Positions 1 through 11,266 of a stretch of DNA of 64,000 bases are shown here, in pieces. The DNA is from an uncultured Methanosarcinaceae archaeon. Lineage in GTDB: Archaea; Halobacteriota; Methanosarcinia; Methanosarcinales; Methanosarcinaceae. Position numbers and translations under genes: made by a program. The stretch spans positions 448,001-512,000 of the forward strand of contig CAWHXP010000003.1 of NCBI GenBank assembly GCA_963833425.1, written 5' to 3'. Under the pieces are notes generated by a model. That model did no database searches and was not told the origin of the DNA. It was given only the letters and a program-made list of their open reading frames with translations. Every line of letters starts with the position of its first letter. The first letter of the stretch is position 1.

Positions 1-3
1 TTT

Positions 4-675
4 TTATTTAATTTTTTTTAGATAATTTTTTTTACTGGCCAAAGCCACTGAATCATGTGGGTTAATTTCAATTGCTTTGTCAAATGCTTTTATTGCTTCA
101 TCGGATTTACCTAATTTCGCTAAAGCTGCGCCTTTTGCATCACAAAATTGTGAATTCTGCGGGTTAATTTCAATTGCTTTGTCAAATGCTTTTATCGCTT
201 CATTGAATTTATTTAAATTATTTAGAGCAAGTCCTTTACCAAACCAAGCAAATGAATTCTGTGGATTACTTTCAATTGATTTTTCAGATGCTGTTATTGC
301 TTCATCTGGTTTCTTTAAACTAATTAGAGCAAGTCCTTTACCGTACCAAGCTATTGAATCGTGTGGGTTAATTCCAATTGCTTTGTCATATGCTTTTATT
401 GCTTCATTGGATTTACCTAATATATATAAAGAAAGTCCTTTATTGTGCCAAGCTTCAAAATTCTGTGGGTTAATTTCAATCGCTTTGTCATATGCTTTTG
501 TTGTTTCAGCAAGATTGGTTAAATTCAAAGATTTGCTGCTCCCAGAGTTCGAAATATCTGCAAATGACCCAGCACCTGCGATACTCACCAGGATTAAAGA
601 CACGAGCATAGTGACGCCTAATGCCGTTACGATAGTATGCCTTCGACCTGCTTTATTATATGTCACTTTTTTCAT
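4..675 (-). CDS. Secreted/membrane-anchored tetratricopeptide repeat (TPR) protein
   Basis: N-terminal hydrophobic signal, then repeated 34-aa TPR units (AW..KG.AL..L.K..EAI.A.DKAIEINP). Confidence 0.9.
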   Translation of the reverse strand: MKKVTYNKAGRRHTIVTALGVTMLVSLILVSIAGAGSFADISNSGSSKSLNLTNLAETTKAYDKAIEINPQNFEAWHNKGLSLYILGKSNEAIKAYDKAIGINPHDSIAWYGKGLALISLKKPDEAITASEKSIESNPQNSFAWFGKGLALNNLNKFNEAIKAFDKAIEINPQNSQFCDAKGAALAKLGKSDEAIKAFDKAIEINPHDSVALASKKNYLKKIK

Positions 676-1324
676 TTTTAGTCTCCTGGAATTTGTTTAT
701 ATAATAATGACAAAAAGTGTCTAAATAAATACACATAGTTCAATACTTCATTCCGTAAAATAAACATTTCCCTTTAAGATTATATTTCTTGGTTTATTGA
801 AAAAATGTGATATTATTTTTATGACAGATCTTAGCAAAACTTTTAAAGCTCAATTAGTACAATAACATTTTAAATTGCAAGACATCTTTCAGTAGAAAGA
901 TTTGAATCCGGATTCAGATACTACTCAAAAAAAACTACATTGTAAGATAAAATAGAACTAACAAAAAACAATGATGAATCGATTATTATAATATATAGTA
1001 TGTATTATAAATGAAAGCATTATAAATTCTGATTTTTACTCAATCCCTTTATTTCAAAACAAAAAACAGAATTCAAAGTCAATTGTTATGCTGACAAAGT
1101 TTTGTATTTATCTTTATCACTTATGTAACACATTTAATCACAAAATTTATGCATAAGGGTAAACAAGAAAGAAATCAAAATTGTGCTGGTGCACCCGGCT
1201 GCAAGCAACGCATTATGTTAGTATCAAAGCTAATGATATCGTTTTTTAGTGAAAATTCATTATTTCCATTTGCTGATGTGCTTGCTTTTCGTCCTGATTT
1301 CCCTGATTTTAAACATAATTTGTT

Positions 1325-1680
1325 ATAATGTCGTAAGTGTTCCCTCTCCAACTGTTCCAATGTATCCTCCCACGCTCCATAGTTTTCCACCAAAAGCTGT
1401 ATTTTAATTCCATGGCAGTTTTTGAAGATTTTTCTAGCAATTATGCTTTTAATAATCTTTGTCGCTCTTGAGGGAGAATACTTTGGCTCAGCCCCAACAA
1501 AAAGATGTACTTGATCACCATCGCAACCAATTACATCAAATTCAAAGAGTATCTTTTACCAATCTCAGAGCATACTTTTTTTAAAAAATTAACCGCAAAA
1601 TCATTTAGAAGGTTTTTACGATATTTCATACAAAAAAAACCATGTGATATCTAATTTTATAGACACAATGGTTTTGGAAT
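1325..1680 (-). pseudogene. tnpA: IS200/IS605 TnpA (Y1 HUH transposase) remnant
   Basis: Frameshifted minus-strand translation NHCVYKIRYHM..KYRK...DGDQVHLFVGAEPKYSPS..KSIIARKIF...KLWSVGGYIGTVG matches TnpA motifs. Confidence 0.8.
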
Positions 1681-1975
1681 TTGATTGTTGATGGCTTGAA
1701 GTATAACATGATGAAAATCCATTTGACAGTTTGCCAAGTAAGCAGGATATATTAGTTGCAACAGGCTGAGAAAATAAAACAAAAAGTTATATATCAAGAA
1801 ACAAGAGGAAAAGTTCGAAAAGAGCTCCTTGAAAAAAAATTTAGACCTTGAAAACAGAAACAATACATCAAACATTGTATTTAAGTTCGTTATTCTTGTC
1901 AATAAGAGTTTAAATTTATTGATTTTGTTTTCAAAGACACAAACATTTGATACTAACTCAACTTTCTCTTTTTAA

Positions 1976-2593
1976 TTAGAGATTGCCTGAAGCAACCACA
2001 TTACCACCAACGGTTAGTGATTCCCCTGCTGTTGCTGTACCAACAACAGGTTGGACTAACACGTGGAAGATAACATTTTGGTTCGCTACGACAATGTTTG
2101 TCCCAGTAGCACCCGTCTTTAACAGATCTGCGGTGAAAAAGTTAGTAGTATATGATGGTGTTTGACCTGGAGTGTATGGATTAACATTGCCGCTACTATC
2201 GAGTAAATAGACTGTATTTCCTTCACCTGGGTTATCAGGGGTAGGGTTGAGTCCTACTGTTGAAGGTCCTACCTCGATCCAAGGGCAAATGCTAAAATCT
2301 GTTTGTGCGCCACCAACTGAGGGAACTGCTGTCAATGAACTGAGAATCAAATCGGCTGGAACTTGGAAATCATTGCCTGCTAGCATACTGTAACTCATGT
2401 CAACAGCTGCTGCTCCCCCATTAACTGGAGTGATCTCGCTAACGTAAGTTAGACCAACCGTTGCTGCATAGTCTTCGAGTGACAAGGTCAGTGGTGGAGT
2501 TGTAAGCGGCTGCGCTACAGCGGCGGATCCTATCATGCAAGTTACAAAAAAAGTGGCTAACAATGCAAAAATTATTCTTTTAGATTTGGTCAT
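1976..2593 (-). CDS. Hypothetical secreted protein (Thr/Pro/Gly/Val-rich)
   Basis: 205-aa ORF with signal peptide (MTKSKRIIFALLATFFV...AVA) and upstream GGGG RBS-like sequence. Confidence 0.75.
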   Translation of the reverse strand: MTKSKRIIFALLATFFVTCMIGSAAVAQPLTTPPLTLSLEDYAATVGLTYVSEITPVNGGAAAVDMSYSMLAGNDFQVPADLILSSLTAVPSVGGAQTDFSICPWIEVGPSTVGLNPTPDNPGEGNTVYLLDSSGNVNPYTPGQTPSYTTNFFTADLLKTGATGTNIVVANQNVIFHVLVQPVVGTATAGESLTVGGNVVASGNL

Positions 2594-3339
2594 TTATTTT
2601 ATACCCCCTTAAATTATGCAAATTTATCTATTTTTTGTATTTATTTTTTGTATTTATTTATTTTGTATTACTTCTGCAGAAGATATCCTTGAAATCCTTT
2701 TTATTGAATTCTGGATTCCATATTTAACATCAATATAATGGAATATAATATATAAGGAAGCAAATTTTAGGAGCAATAATTTTTGTAAAAATTAAATTAG
2801 GAAAACATGATCTGTTACAAAACATATCAATAATTTATTTTTAGTCATTAATATCTGAATTCGCATCATGAAGCTGAAAATGAAAAAATTGACATATGAT
2901 AAAATAAAAAGAGGCCATAATTTTATAATTTTTGGAAATAATTATGCTGGCGTTTTGATGTAATCTTTATAAAGTCCAAATTTTGCTATTGATAGCTTTT
3001 TAAATCATTTTAGAGGACAAAGATTACAGTATCTTCTGATAATCCCATGTCTTCAAAAATAATTTAACCATTAAGTTCGTTAGAACGTCTTCATCCACGA
3101 GAGCGTGGATAGACCATATTAAGGAGAACAGTACCTTTTACCATGATGTTCAGATACATAAGAGTCCAGAATGATCTTTTATTGTCTATCTTAACATTAT
3201 TTAAACGGGAGAAAAGTTCGGATGCAGCTTTATAGTCTTTAAAGTCTATCATTTTGAGTCATCCATAATTTCACCGTCAACCTGTGTGGCCATTGTCAAG
3301 GCTTGTTCCACATTGACAAGTAGCGCAATTTAAGATAAA

Positions 3340-3800
3340 TAATTCAACCGAAGTTGCTCAGTTGTGAAATAGTCACCGAACTACATTAGCCCAAATATTT
3401 GGTGGTAGTGCAGTTGCAATTGGAATTTTTTTTGCTTGGAAAAATCTCAAAGTTGCTCAAAAAGGCCAGATAACTGAACGTTTCACTAAAGCGGTTGATC
3501 AGTTAGGAAGTCGAAAAATAGAGATAAGATTGAGTGGTATCTACTCTCTTGAAAGATTTGACAATCTAAATAACAGTCATAACTTACTCCATTATTGGTC
3601 AACATCTATGGATATTCAACCTAATGAGATCAAGAAAAAAGAAGCTCTAAAAGTAAGAGATGCAACTTTAGACATTCAAGCAATTCTCACTGTCATTGGA
3701 AGACGCACGTACTCTTTCAAGTCTGGAATCATCTTCAAAGAAACTGTAACACATAATTTCATGCTAAAGTTTTCCAGAGCCAATTTGCAGATAAATGTAA
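3340..3800 (+). pseudogene. Pentapeptide-repeat family protein N-terminal remnant
   Basis: GGSAVAIGIFFAWKNLKVAQKGQITERFTKAVDQLGS..IEIRLSGIYSLER...DIQAILTVIGRR is typical of this family; no proper start and no repeat domain. Confidence 0.6.
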
Positions 3801-3918
3801 ATATAGGCAGGTATCTTAATATCCACATGTTTCACACGAAATGGTTTGCAAAACGGCTTTTTTCAAAAGGGATGCGAATATTTATATGTGAAAGCAAATC
3901 CGTTACAATAGATTTTGA

Positions 3919-4473
<555 letters not shown>

Positions 4474-4508
4474 CCAGTTAAACTGTCAACATCAAAAGGA
4501 GCATATTA

Positions 4509-5117
4509 ATGTACGATTACGAAGAGCTTTTGAACCGTGCAATTGCAAAAATGCCTGATATTAAGACTACAGATGCTCGATTCGTAATCCCCGAGCCCAA
4601 AGTATTTTCAGAGGGGAAGACCACGATTCTGGATAACTTCGGAAATATTGCAGATATCCTTAACCGGGACACTGATCACCTGATGAAATATCTCACCAGG
4701 GAGCTGGGGACTGCAGGTAAGATTGAAGGCACACGTGCAGTCTTTCAGGGGAGGTTTACGAGAGGTCAGATTGCTGATAACATACATGCTTATGTGGATG
4801 AGTATGTCATGTGTTCGGAATGCGAACGCCCCGATACCCAACTTGTTAGGGTAGAGAGAGTGCTTGTCTTGAAATGTTCTGCTTGTGGAGCTCACAGACC
4901 TGTCAAAAAGAGAAAGGTAAGCAATGTGGTTGTCAGGGATGCTATCGAAGAAGGCGGAATCTATGAACTTCGGATTGATGCAGTTGGATCCAAAGGTGAC
5001 GGAATCGCAAAAATAGATAAATACACTGTTTTCGTGCCTGGGGCCGCAAAAGGCGACGTCGTCAAGGTAAAAATAAAGAAGATTAGTGGAAATCTTGCCT
5101 TTTCAGAGAAAGTTTGA
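4509..5117 (+). CDS. eif2b: Translation initiation factor 2 subunit beta with C-terminal TRAM domain
   Basis: YEELLNRA N-terminus, ELGTAG, C2-C2 zinc ribbon (CSEC...CSAC), TRAM ([15 protein letters not shown]). Confidence 0.96.
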   Translation: MYDYEELLNRAIAKMPDIKTTDARFVIPEPKVFSEGKTTILDNFGNIADILNRDTDHLMKYLTRELGTAGKIEGTRAVFQGRFTRGQIADNIHAYVDEYVMCSECERPDTQLVRVERVLVLKCSACGAHRPVKKRKVSNVVVRDAIEEGGIYELRIDAVGSKGDGIAKIDKYTVFVPGAAKGDVVKVKIKKISGNLAFSEKV

Positions 5118-5348
5118 GGTTTAAGCTTTTTAAACATGATTAGAGAAATCCAGGCGGACTACTTTTGTAATCATTTCTCGTGCCTGGATAACTTAAGTCT
5201 TCATTTTCAGGCTTCAGACTCTCATACCATACACATCCAGTTTTGAAATTCTAAAATAATGTTCAGCTGATTTTTTAATCATAAATCTTCTGGAGTTCAG
5301 CTAGAAAATGAAAGGCTATTACGGATATCAGCAGTAAATCAGGAATTT

Positions 5349-6587
5349 GTGAGAAAAAAAATGACTTCTGCTAAAAAGGATATCTCAGACTTCCCATTGA
5401 AGAGTATTCCATTAGATGAAAGAAATATAAAAATTTTCTCCGTTGCAGGACTATCTGTAAACCTCCAGCATGTTGGAAATACCCTGGAACTTACAGCAAC
5501 CGGAACCCTGAAAGGAGTTTGTAACCCTATCTTGAAGAAGATCAATTCTCGCCTGCAGGAGGAAAAACTAGCCCTTGTACAGGAAGACAGGGTAATTGCT
5601 TCGGCTTGGCTTCCACCAATACCGAGTTCTGTGTTCAAACATCTCATTCTTGCAGAAATGCAAATAGCCTTAGGGATATATATCCCAGAAACTATATCAA
5701 TTGAACTTACATGCCAGAATAGTTATAGATATTCGCCTAAAACAGTATCAGAGGAGATGGATAAAGGTACTATTAAGAGGGTCATTAACGAAGCTCTCGA
5801 ACTTGGTACTTTTATTATTACATTTACAGAGAATGATCCTCTCCTGCGGGAAGATATATTTGAATTTATTAAATATGTGGATAAAAAACGTGCTATAGTG
5901 AACTGTTCAACATGGGGTACTGATTTTTCAAAAGAAATCGCCTGCCGTTTGAAAGAAGAAGAGCTTCATTCCATTATGGTGGCCATTTACTCAACTAATC
6001 CTCAAAAACACGATGAGATACGGAAATCTGAAGGAGCGTATGAAAGAGCAACGTCTGCCATAAAAATGGCACTTGAAGCTGGACTCATGGTCGTAATGAC
6101 AACGCACGCATCTCCTTCAAACATATACGAACTTCCTGCTCTATATGACCTTGCAACGGAGTTGGGGGTGCATGAATTCTCAGTCTGGGAAGCAATGCCA
6201 AAAACCAGGGCCGAACCTGTACTCACTGAAGAGAACCGTAAGTACATACTAGAAATGTACCACAGGATAAATTCCAGTCGTGAAGGCCTTCGAATGTTTT
6301 CAAACACTTATTTTGAAGGGCAAATGCTGGGTGCTATGGCAGGCAGGCGCTGGATGCATATAACAGCATATGGAGACGCAAAGCCCAGTCCGTATCTCCC
6401 TTTCAGTTTTGGGAATGTAAAAGAAGAACCCTTGAAAGAAATCTGGCAGAAAATCAGGAGTTACCCCTATTTCCAGAGGCAGAAAAACTTGACTCCTATG
6501 CATGACCCCGAGTTTATGGAACTCGTTGATAGAATTCCTGCAGAAGCAAAATTGCCCTATCCTTTTGAAAAGGTTTATAGAAGATAA
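5349..6587 (+). CDS. Radical SAM/SPASM-fold protein lacking canonical Fe-S cysteine motifs
   Basis: PETISIELT, HDEIR..EGAYERA, AG..WMHITAYGD..P.PYLPFSFGNVKEEPLKEIW match the rSAM+SPASM/Twitch fold, but CX3CX2C is absent; start may be ATG 5361. Confidence 0.8.
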   Translation: MRKKMTSAKKDISDFPLKSIPLDERNIKIFSVAGLSVNLQHVGNTLELTATGTLKGVCNPILKKINSRLQEEKLALVQEDRVIASAWLPPIPSSVFKHLILAEMQIALGIYIPETISIELTCQNSYRYSPKTVSEEMDKGTIKRVINEALELGTFIITFTENDPLLREDIFEFIKYVDKKRAIVNCSTWGTDFSKEIACRLKEEELHSIMVAIYSTNPQKHDEIRKSEGAYERATSAIKMALEAGLMVVMTTHASPSNIYELPALYDLATELGVHEFSVWEAMPKTRAEPVLTEENRKYILEMYHRINSSREGLRMFSNTYFEGQMLGAMAGRRWMHITAYGDAKPSPYLPFSFGNVKEEPLKEIWQKIRSYPYFQRQKNLTPMHDPEFMELVDRIPAEAKLPYPFEKVYRR

Positions 6588-6719
6588 TCTCAAGATAATT
6601 AGCTCGCAGAATATTTTTTGAGCTTTTTTTCTATTATATTTTAGATTTCACTCAACATAAAAGTAAGTGGCTAAAATGGTTTCTCACATAATCTTTCCAT
6701 TGTCTTTTGCCATAATTGT

Positions 6720-7730
6720 GATTATTTCACTAATTATTTTTGTACTATTATCGATCGAAAAGATCTAAGTCTTAAAATTTGTCTTTTTGTGAGTCTTTAC
6801 CTTTGGTATTCTGTTTCATCTAAGTATACATGGCCATTTGTAATCAGATGCCATTTAATTGTTGCAATTTTTCTTGCTAGACCAATAACTGTTTTTGAAT
6901 GTCCAGTTGAATTCTTCTTCCACTTTAAAAACTGTCTTAACGTGCTATTTTTCTTTAATGCTAATTCATGAGCAAACTGTATTCAGCCAATTTTCTGTGT
7001 TTTATAATCTTTTTGCGATTTTGCCATTTTAGAATTTATTCAGTGATTGTTATCACATTATGGACTATTCTAAGTTATGAAGAAAGATTGTCCTTGAAGA
7101 AAAGTCCTCGAAATTGTCTATTTATGCTATCAGAGTTATTGCATCAATTTATTCAATACCCGAAACCGACATTAAAGTACTCATTCCCAATTAATGTTTC
7201 ACATAGGAATAATTGGAAATTTATTTATCTAAAATTTTATTTCATCGGCAAGATGTTTTACGATGTCCAGAAATTTCTGAAGCTTAACTACAGTGCTAGA
7301 GATGTTTCGATGCCCAGAATCCCTTTTATCTGAAAACGAATGTATATACGAGATACACTATAGTTTTTGGGAAGAATCTGATGGCTGAATCATTTTATTA
7401 AGTGCAAGTTGTGCAGTTATTTATGAATCTATCTTACCTGTCTTTTATGTGTAAATGGCCTCATACCTCGTGAAACTCCAACCATAAAATGATATGCTTT
7501 CGCAAAGAATTATATGCAGTAACATAAGAGTCGTGTGTTGATTCATATACAGAAAAAATTTTCAGAAATAACTCTAAACTTTAAAGAACTAAAATTCCAT
7601 CATCATTTCTGGTTAAATATTGCTACTGTTTTTCATCGGTTATAATGAAGATATCAAAAATGAAAAAAAAGTTTGTGAGTATCTAAATAATAATTTTTGT
7701 TTATCATTTCTACTAACTTAAATCACCATT
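6720..7730 (-). pseudogene. IS110-family transposase fossil (multiply frameshifted)
   Basis: Fragments LDTHK, RNDDGILVL, YEST, KIDS..TAQLALNKMIQPS, TLIA*IDNFEDFSS, TVIGLARKIATIKWHLITNG follow IS110 domain order. Confidence 0.75.
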
Positions 7731-8471
7731 TCATTAGGTAGTATAATTGCCTAAATGATTCATATAAAATTCTTGATCAACGTCACAGTTGAGATTTCGA
7801 TGGCAATTAGCTGATTAGTACTACAACATATTTTAAAAACTAGAGATTATTTTTGATGATCCATAAATTAAATCCTATCCGTATATATTAGTATATAAAG
7901 ACTCGTGAAAATTAGAGTTTTATTGAAATTCTCAAAAATTAATATAACCTTAATTACCGAGGTAGTTATACTATCAACAGTCAAAAAACATAAGGTAAAA
8001 ATTACTTTAACTTGTTTATATATTTAATGTTGGTTTTCTAAAAAATAGAGTAACGCATTAACCGTATAAATTTCTTCTAAAATCACTTTTAACTTCTTTC
8101 GAGAGCATTGTATATCCGCTTATGAAAGCGAAAAAAGTAAAATATCTAATACACTTATTAGAAAATATTAAATTATTGACTCAAAATGGAAATCAGAGGA
8201 TTTGCTGACATTTGGATTTTTTTAAACATCATCAGTATATAAATGAACGACAAAAAATTACTTGCCCACCATTTAGTATCTTGACGAACTAAAAGCGTAG
8301 TAAATGGCATCACGTTGAAGACCATGAACCTACTGACATAAAAATAGATAAATGTTATAGATATGGGAAAAAAAGTTCTAAACCTTGTCTGCAAGCGAGA
8401 AAATTTATAATAACGATCTACAGTGAAAAAAGTATAATTAAGAATGCAAAGCACCCTTATTTTTAAACAAA

Positions 8472-8684
8472 TTACCCCCCTGTTACAACTTTCAGGATTG
8501 TTATCTCGTTGGAACTTATGGTCCCATCAAGGGGAACTGCATTACCTCCATTTAACACAAGTACAGTTTCCTGATTTATTTTCAATCGATCGAGCAGATC
8601 TTCGTATGTAGCATTTTCATCAATTTCTACAATCTGCTCTGAAATATCTCCAGCCTGGATTTTTATGTGTACCTTTTTACTCAC
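8472..8684 (-). CDS. Ubiquitin-like small archaeal modifier protein (SAMP; ThiS/MoaD family)
   Basis: 70 aa, beta-grasp-like pattern, C-terminal GG (VVTGG). Confidence 0.9.
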   Translation of the reverse strand: MSKKVHIKIQAGDISEQIVEIDENATYEDLLDRLKINQETVLVLNGGNAVPLDGTISSNEITILKVVTGG

Positions 8685-9225
8685 TTAATAGATCCACCGC
8701 CGCTTACCTGAATTTCATCTACGATTTCTTTTATTAACTTCTGCTCCAGTTCATATTCTTTTTTGATACCTTTCCGTTCTGCATCTCGTTTCTGGAACTT
8801 TCCGGACATTTTTAGCTCTCCTATAACTTTTCAGGTCTGCAACATAGTTGGTATAGATCTCGTCAATCAGACTTTTTGGCTCTTTGAGATATATATCCAA
8901 CTAATATGACGATTTAATGTTTTAATTAATTTTTGGTTAACTATCTGATAGTTAACAAATCTGATCCCACGGTCCCTTAACCACTATTAGCCAAAACTTA
9001 AATAAAAAAGATGTGTTAACAATGAGCATGTTCTTGTTTAAAGAGTTAACGAATGAAATTCTAACATTGCAATAATAAAATGAAACTAGATTAAATTTAT
9101 CCAGGCAGTAACGTATTTGTAGTGAACTGGATTACAGTATAAAAATATGTGTTAATAAATACATAAGTTTTGAATAAATAGTTTAAAAAAATGAAGAATA
9201 AAAAGTCTAAAAATGACCTTTTGTA

Positions 9226-9297
9226 TACATCAGCCGGGATTCGAACCCGGGTTCGAGCGTTGGCAACGCCCGGTGATGACCGCTACACTACTGATGT
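9226..9297 (-). tRNA. tRNA-Gly (GCC)
   Basis: Reverse complement ACATCAGTAGTGTAGCGGT...TTGCCAA...GGTTCGAATCCCGGCTGATGTA forms a cloverleaf. Confidence 0.95.
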
Positions 9298-9301
9298 GAT
9301 G

Positions 9302-9376
9302 TGGTGCCCAGACCCGGATTCGAACCGGGGGCAACTGCCTCTTCAGGGCAGCGCTCTCCCACTGAGCTACCTGGGC
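9302..9376 (-). tRNA. tRNA-Phe (GAA), CCA encoded
   Basis: GCCCAGGTAGCTCAGTGGGAGAGC..CTGAAGA..GGTTCGAATCCGGGTCTGGGCACCA. Confidence 0.96.
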
Positions 9377-9473
9377 AAACAGATAAACTTAACTACATAT
9401 ATTCTACTACATAAAACGATTGGGTTCTCAACTTCATGTAAAAGATCCTATGTAAAATATCCAAACGTTTCAG

Positions 9474-9547
9474 TGGGCCCGCTGAGATTCGAACTCAGGA
9501 CCTCCGCCATGTCAAGGCGACGTCATAACCGTCTAGACCACGAGCCC
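9474..9547 (-). tRNA. tRNA-Val (GAC)
   Basis: GGGCTCGTGGTCTAGACGG..TTGACAT..GTTCGAATCTCAGCGGGCCCA. Confidence 0.96.
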
Positions 9548-10129
9548 GTGATGTGAGATTTTTGTTTATTGCACCAAAGTACAACTGCATAGAAACATCA
9601 TCGTTTATATAAGTTTTGGGTGGTTCAACGTTGTTATGCACGAATAAACTTTCAAAAGGGTAAAATAGTTGTATCTTTTGGGATCGATTTTCCATTCGGG
9701 TTTCAAATGACGAATATTTCAATTAGAATTTTTGTCATTTAATTAAATGTCTAAAAAATTCTTCATTTTTCCGTGCAGTTTTTGTAATTATATTTATCAC
9801 AGAAATTATTTACATTTGCAAAAGCAAATTTGTAGAATTCTTAGTTACCTTTGAGTGTTTTATTTTGGTAGTGTCGCAAATTTGCTGTAAATTCAAAAGC
9901 AAATTTTTGTGTATTGGTGTAATCTGATTCTTCGATGTGAAAATTAATTCCTCAAAAAAAATTTGAGCAAAATTTTGATAAACTACCTATTTTAACAAAT
10001 TGATTATATATATAATTGTTTATATATACGTCGTAATCAAACAACTAAAAATTGCTGCTTATCAAAATCCTGTGAGATTTGCGATTTTATATAAAATAAT
10101 GCATCTTGCTTTCATTTTAATATGTACAT

Positions 10130-10720
10130 ATCGGTAAAGACAATAAAACAAAGAAAGGCCATTTCCTTGATATTCTTGATGAAACCAAAAAATGTGGATT
10201 TAAACCGAAAATTCATTATTTTTGATTCGTGGTACGCAAGATAAGAACATTTGAAGCTATCAGGGAAAAACATTGACATTTCCGACAAGATTGAAATCAA
10301 ATCTTTTGGTGAATTCTGATAAGAAAAGAAATATGCTGTTTTAAACAGCCTAAATCCCTTTCACGAAAAAAAAATGGTGGTTCATCTGAAAGCATATGGA
10401 TTTGTGAAAGTATTTAAGACATATCAAAGAACGAAGACATGCAATACTAGTTTACAGATATGCTTGATAAAGAGGAATCAAGGGGTGAAGATCTTTAGCA
10501 AGTCATGAAAATTGACGAATATCGTGGAGGAATAAAGCATTCTGAGTTTATCGAAGAGTATCAATTCTGAATAAAAAAGTCACATAGAGCACATATAATG
10601 TACTAAGTGGGAGTTTTTCTGCGGCTGGAGTTATATAAAAATCAGAAACGTCTTTATTGATTTTGAGAGCAACACAAAACTCACAGTGTGATAGCAAAGG
10701 ATATATGAGCCAACTAAAAT
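10130..10720 (+). pseudogene. IS701-family transposase C-terminal remnant
   Basis: Fragments GFKPK..IFDSWYA, MVVHLKAYGFVKVFK, KIDEYRGGIK (cf. W.IEEYHR.IKQ), RAHIM, FLRLE. Confidence 0.7.
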
Positions 10721-11099
10721 ACAATTCAAAAATATTTTGATAAATCTCAAAATTTTGTCATATGCTCATAGAATGGTGCATAAATTATTTGTAAGAAATC
10801 AGATATTTATCGATATATTTTTAAATATATAACAATATAGAATAAGTTTATGAAAACAATGTTTAGATCCTACTACTGCAGAAGTACTAATTATTTTAAA
10901 TCGTCTCACTTTTGATTTAGTTTCCTCAGCTAATAGTCCTTAATCACAATCTATTTAAACTGACGTACTTTGAATAAAAAATTAATGGCATTAATCCGTT
11001 AATTGCCCGAAATATAATTTTGAACTATAGTGCTTTTTATACTTAATTCTGTATTTTAAGCTTCGTAAGTCCTATATGCGTTAAATTATCAATTCGGGA

Positions 11100-11211
11100 T
11101 CTAACAGGTTGATCTGAGAACTCGATGACATTAAACCTTAATTATATACAAATTAAATTTGATTATTAAGTCTAATGAGCTAGATTTTGTGCTCCAAGTG
11201 CGTAGGTCCTA
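11100..11211. repeat. MITE-like repeat family B (TAGGACTTACGCA-type termini), degenerate copy
   Basis: Ends TGCGTAGGTCCTA; another CGTAAGTCCTA end at 11064-11074; interior resembles 54959-55067. Confidence 0.5.
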
Positions 11212-11266
11212 AATTAGTTAGTTATATGTTAGAAGTTTCTGTTTACGGACTTTGGGTCGGTGGATA

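Noticed and set aside
77..724. 215-aa plus-strand ORF
   Set aside because: Antisense shadow of the repetitive TPR gene.
4920..5117. TRAM fusion on aIF2beta as a novelty
   Set aside because: Known architecture in Methanosarcinales and related euryarchaea.
6789..7333. Plus-strand ORFs of 60 and 121 aa
   Set aside because: Antisense to the IS110 fossil, with no protein-like features.
8690..8900. Possible small gene upstream of SAMP (DEIYTNYVADLK...KEYELEQKLIKEIVDEIQ)
   Set aside because: Frameshifted and unassignable; too weak to list as a feature.
9191..9722. ORFs overlapping the tRNA cluster
   Set aside because: Spurious frames across tRNA genes.
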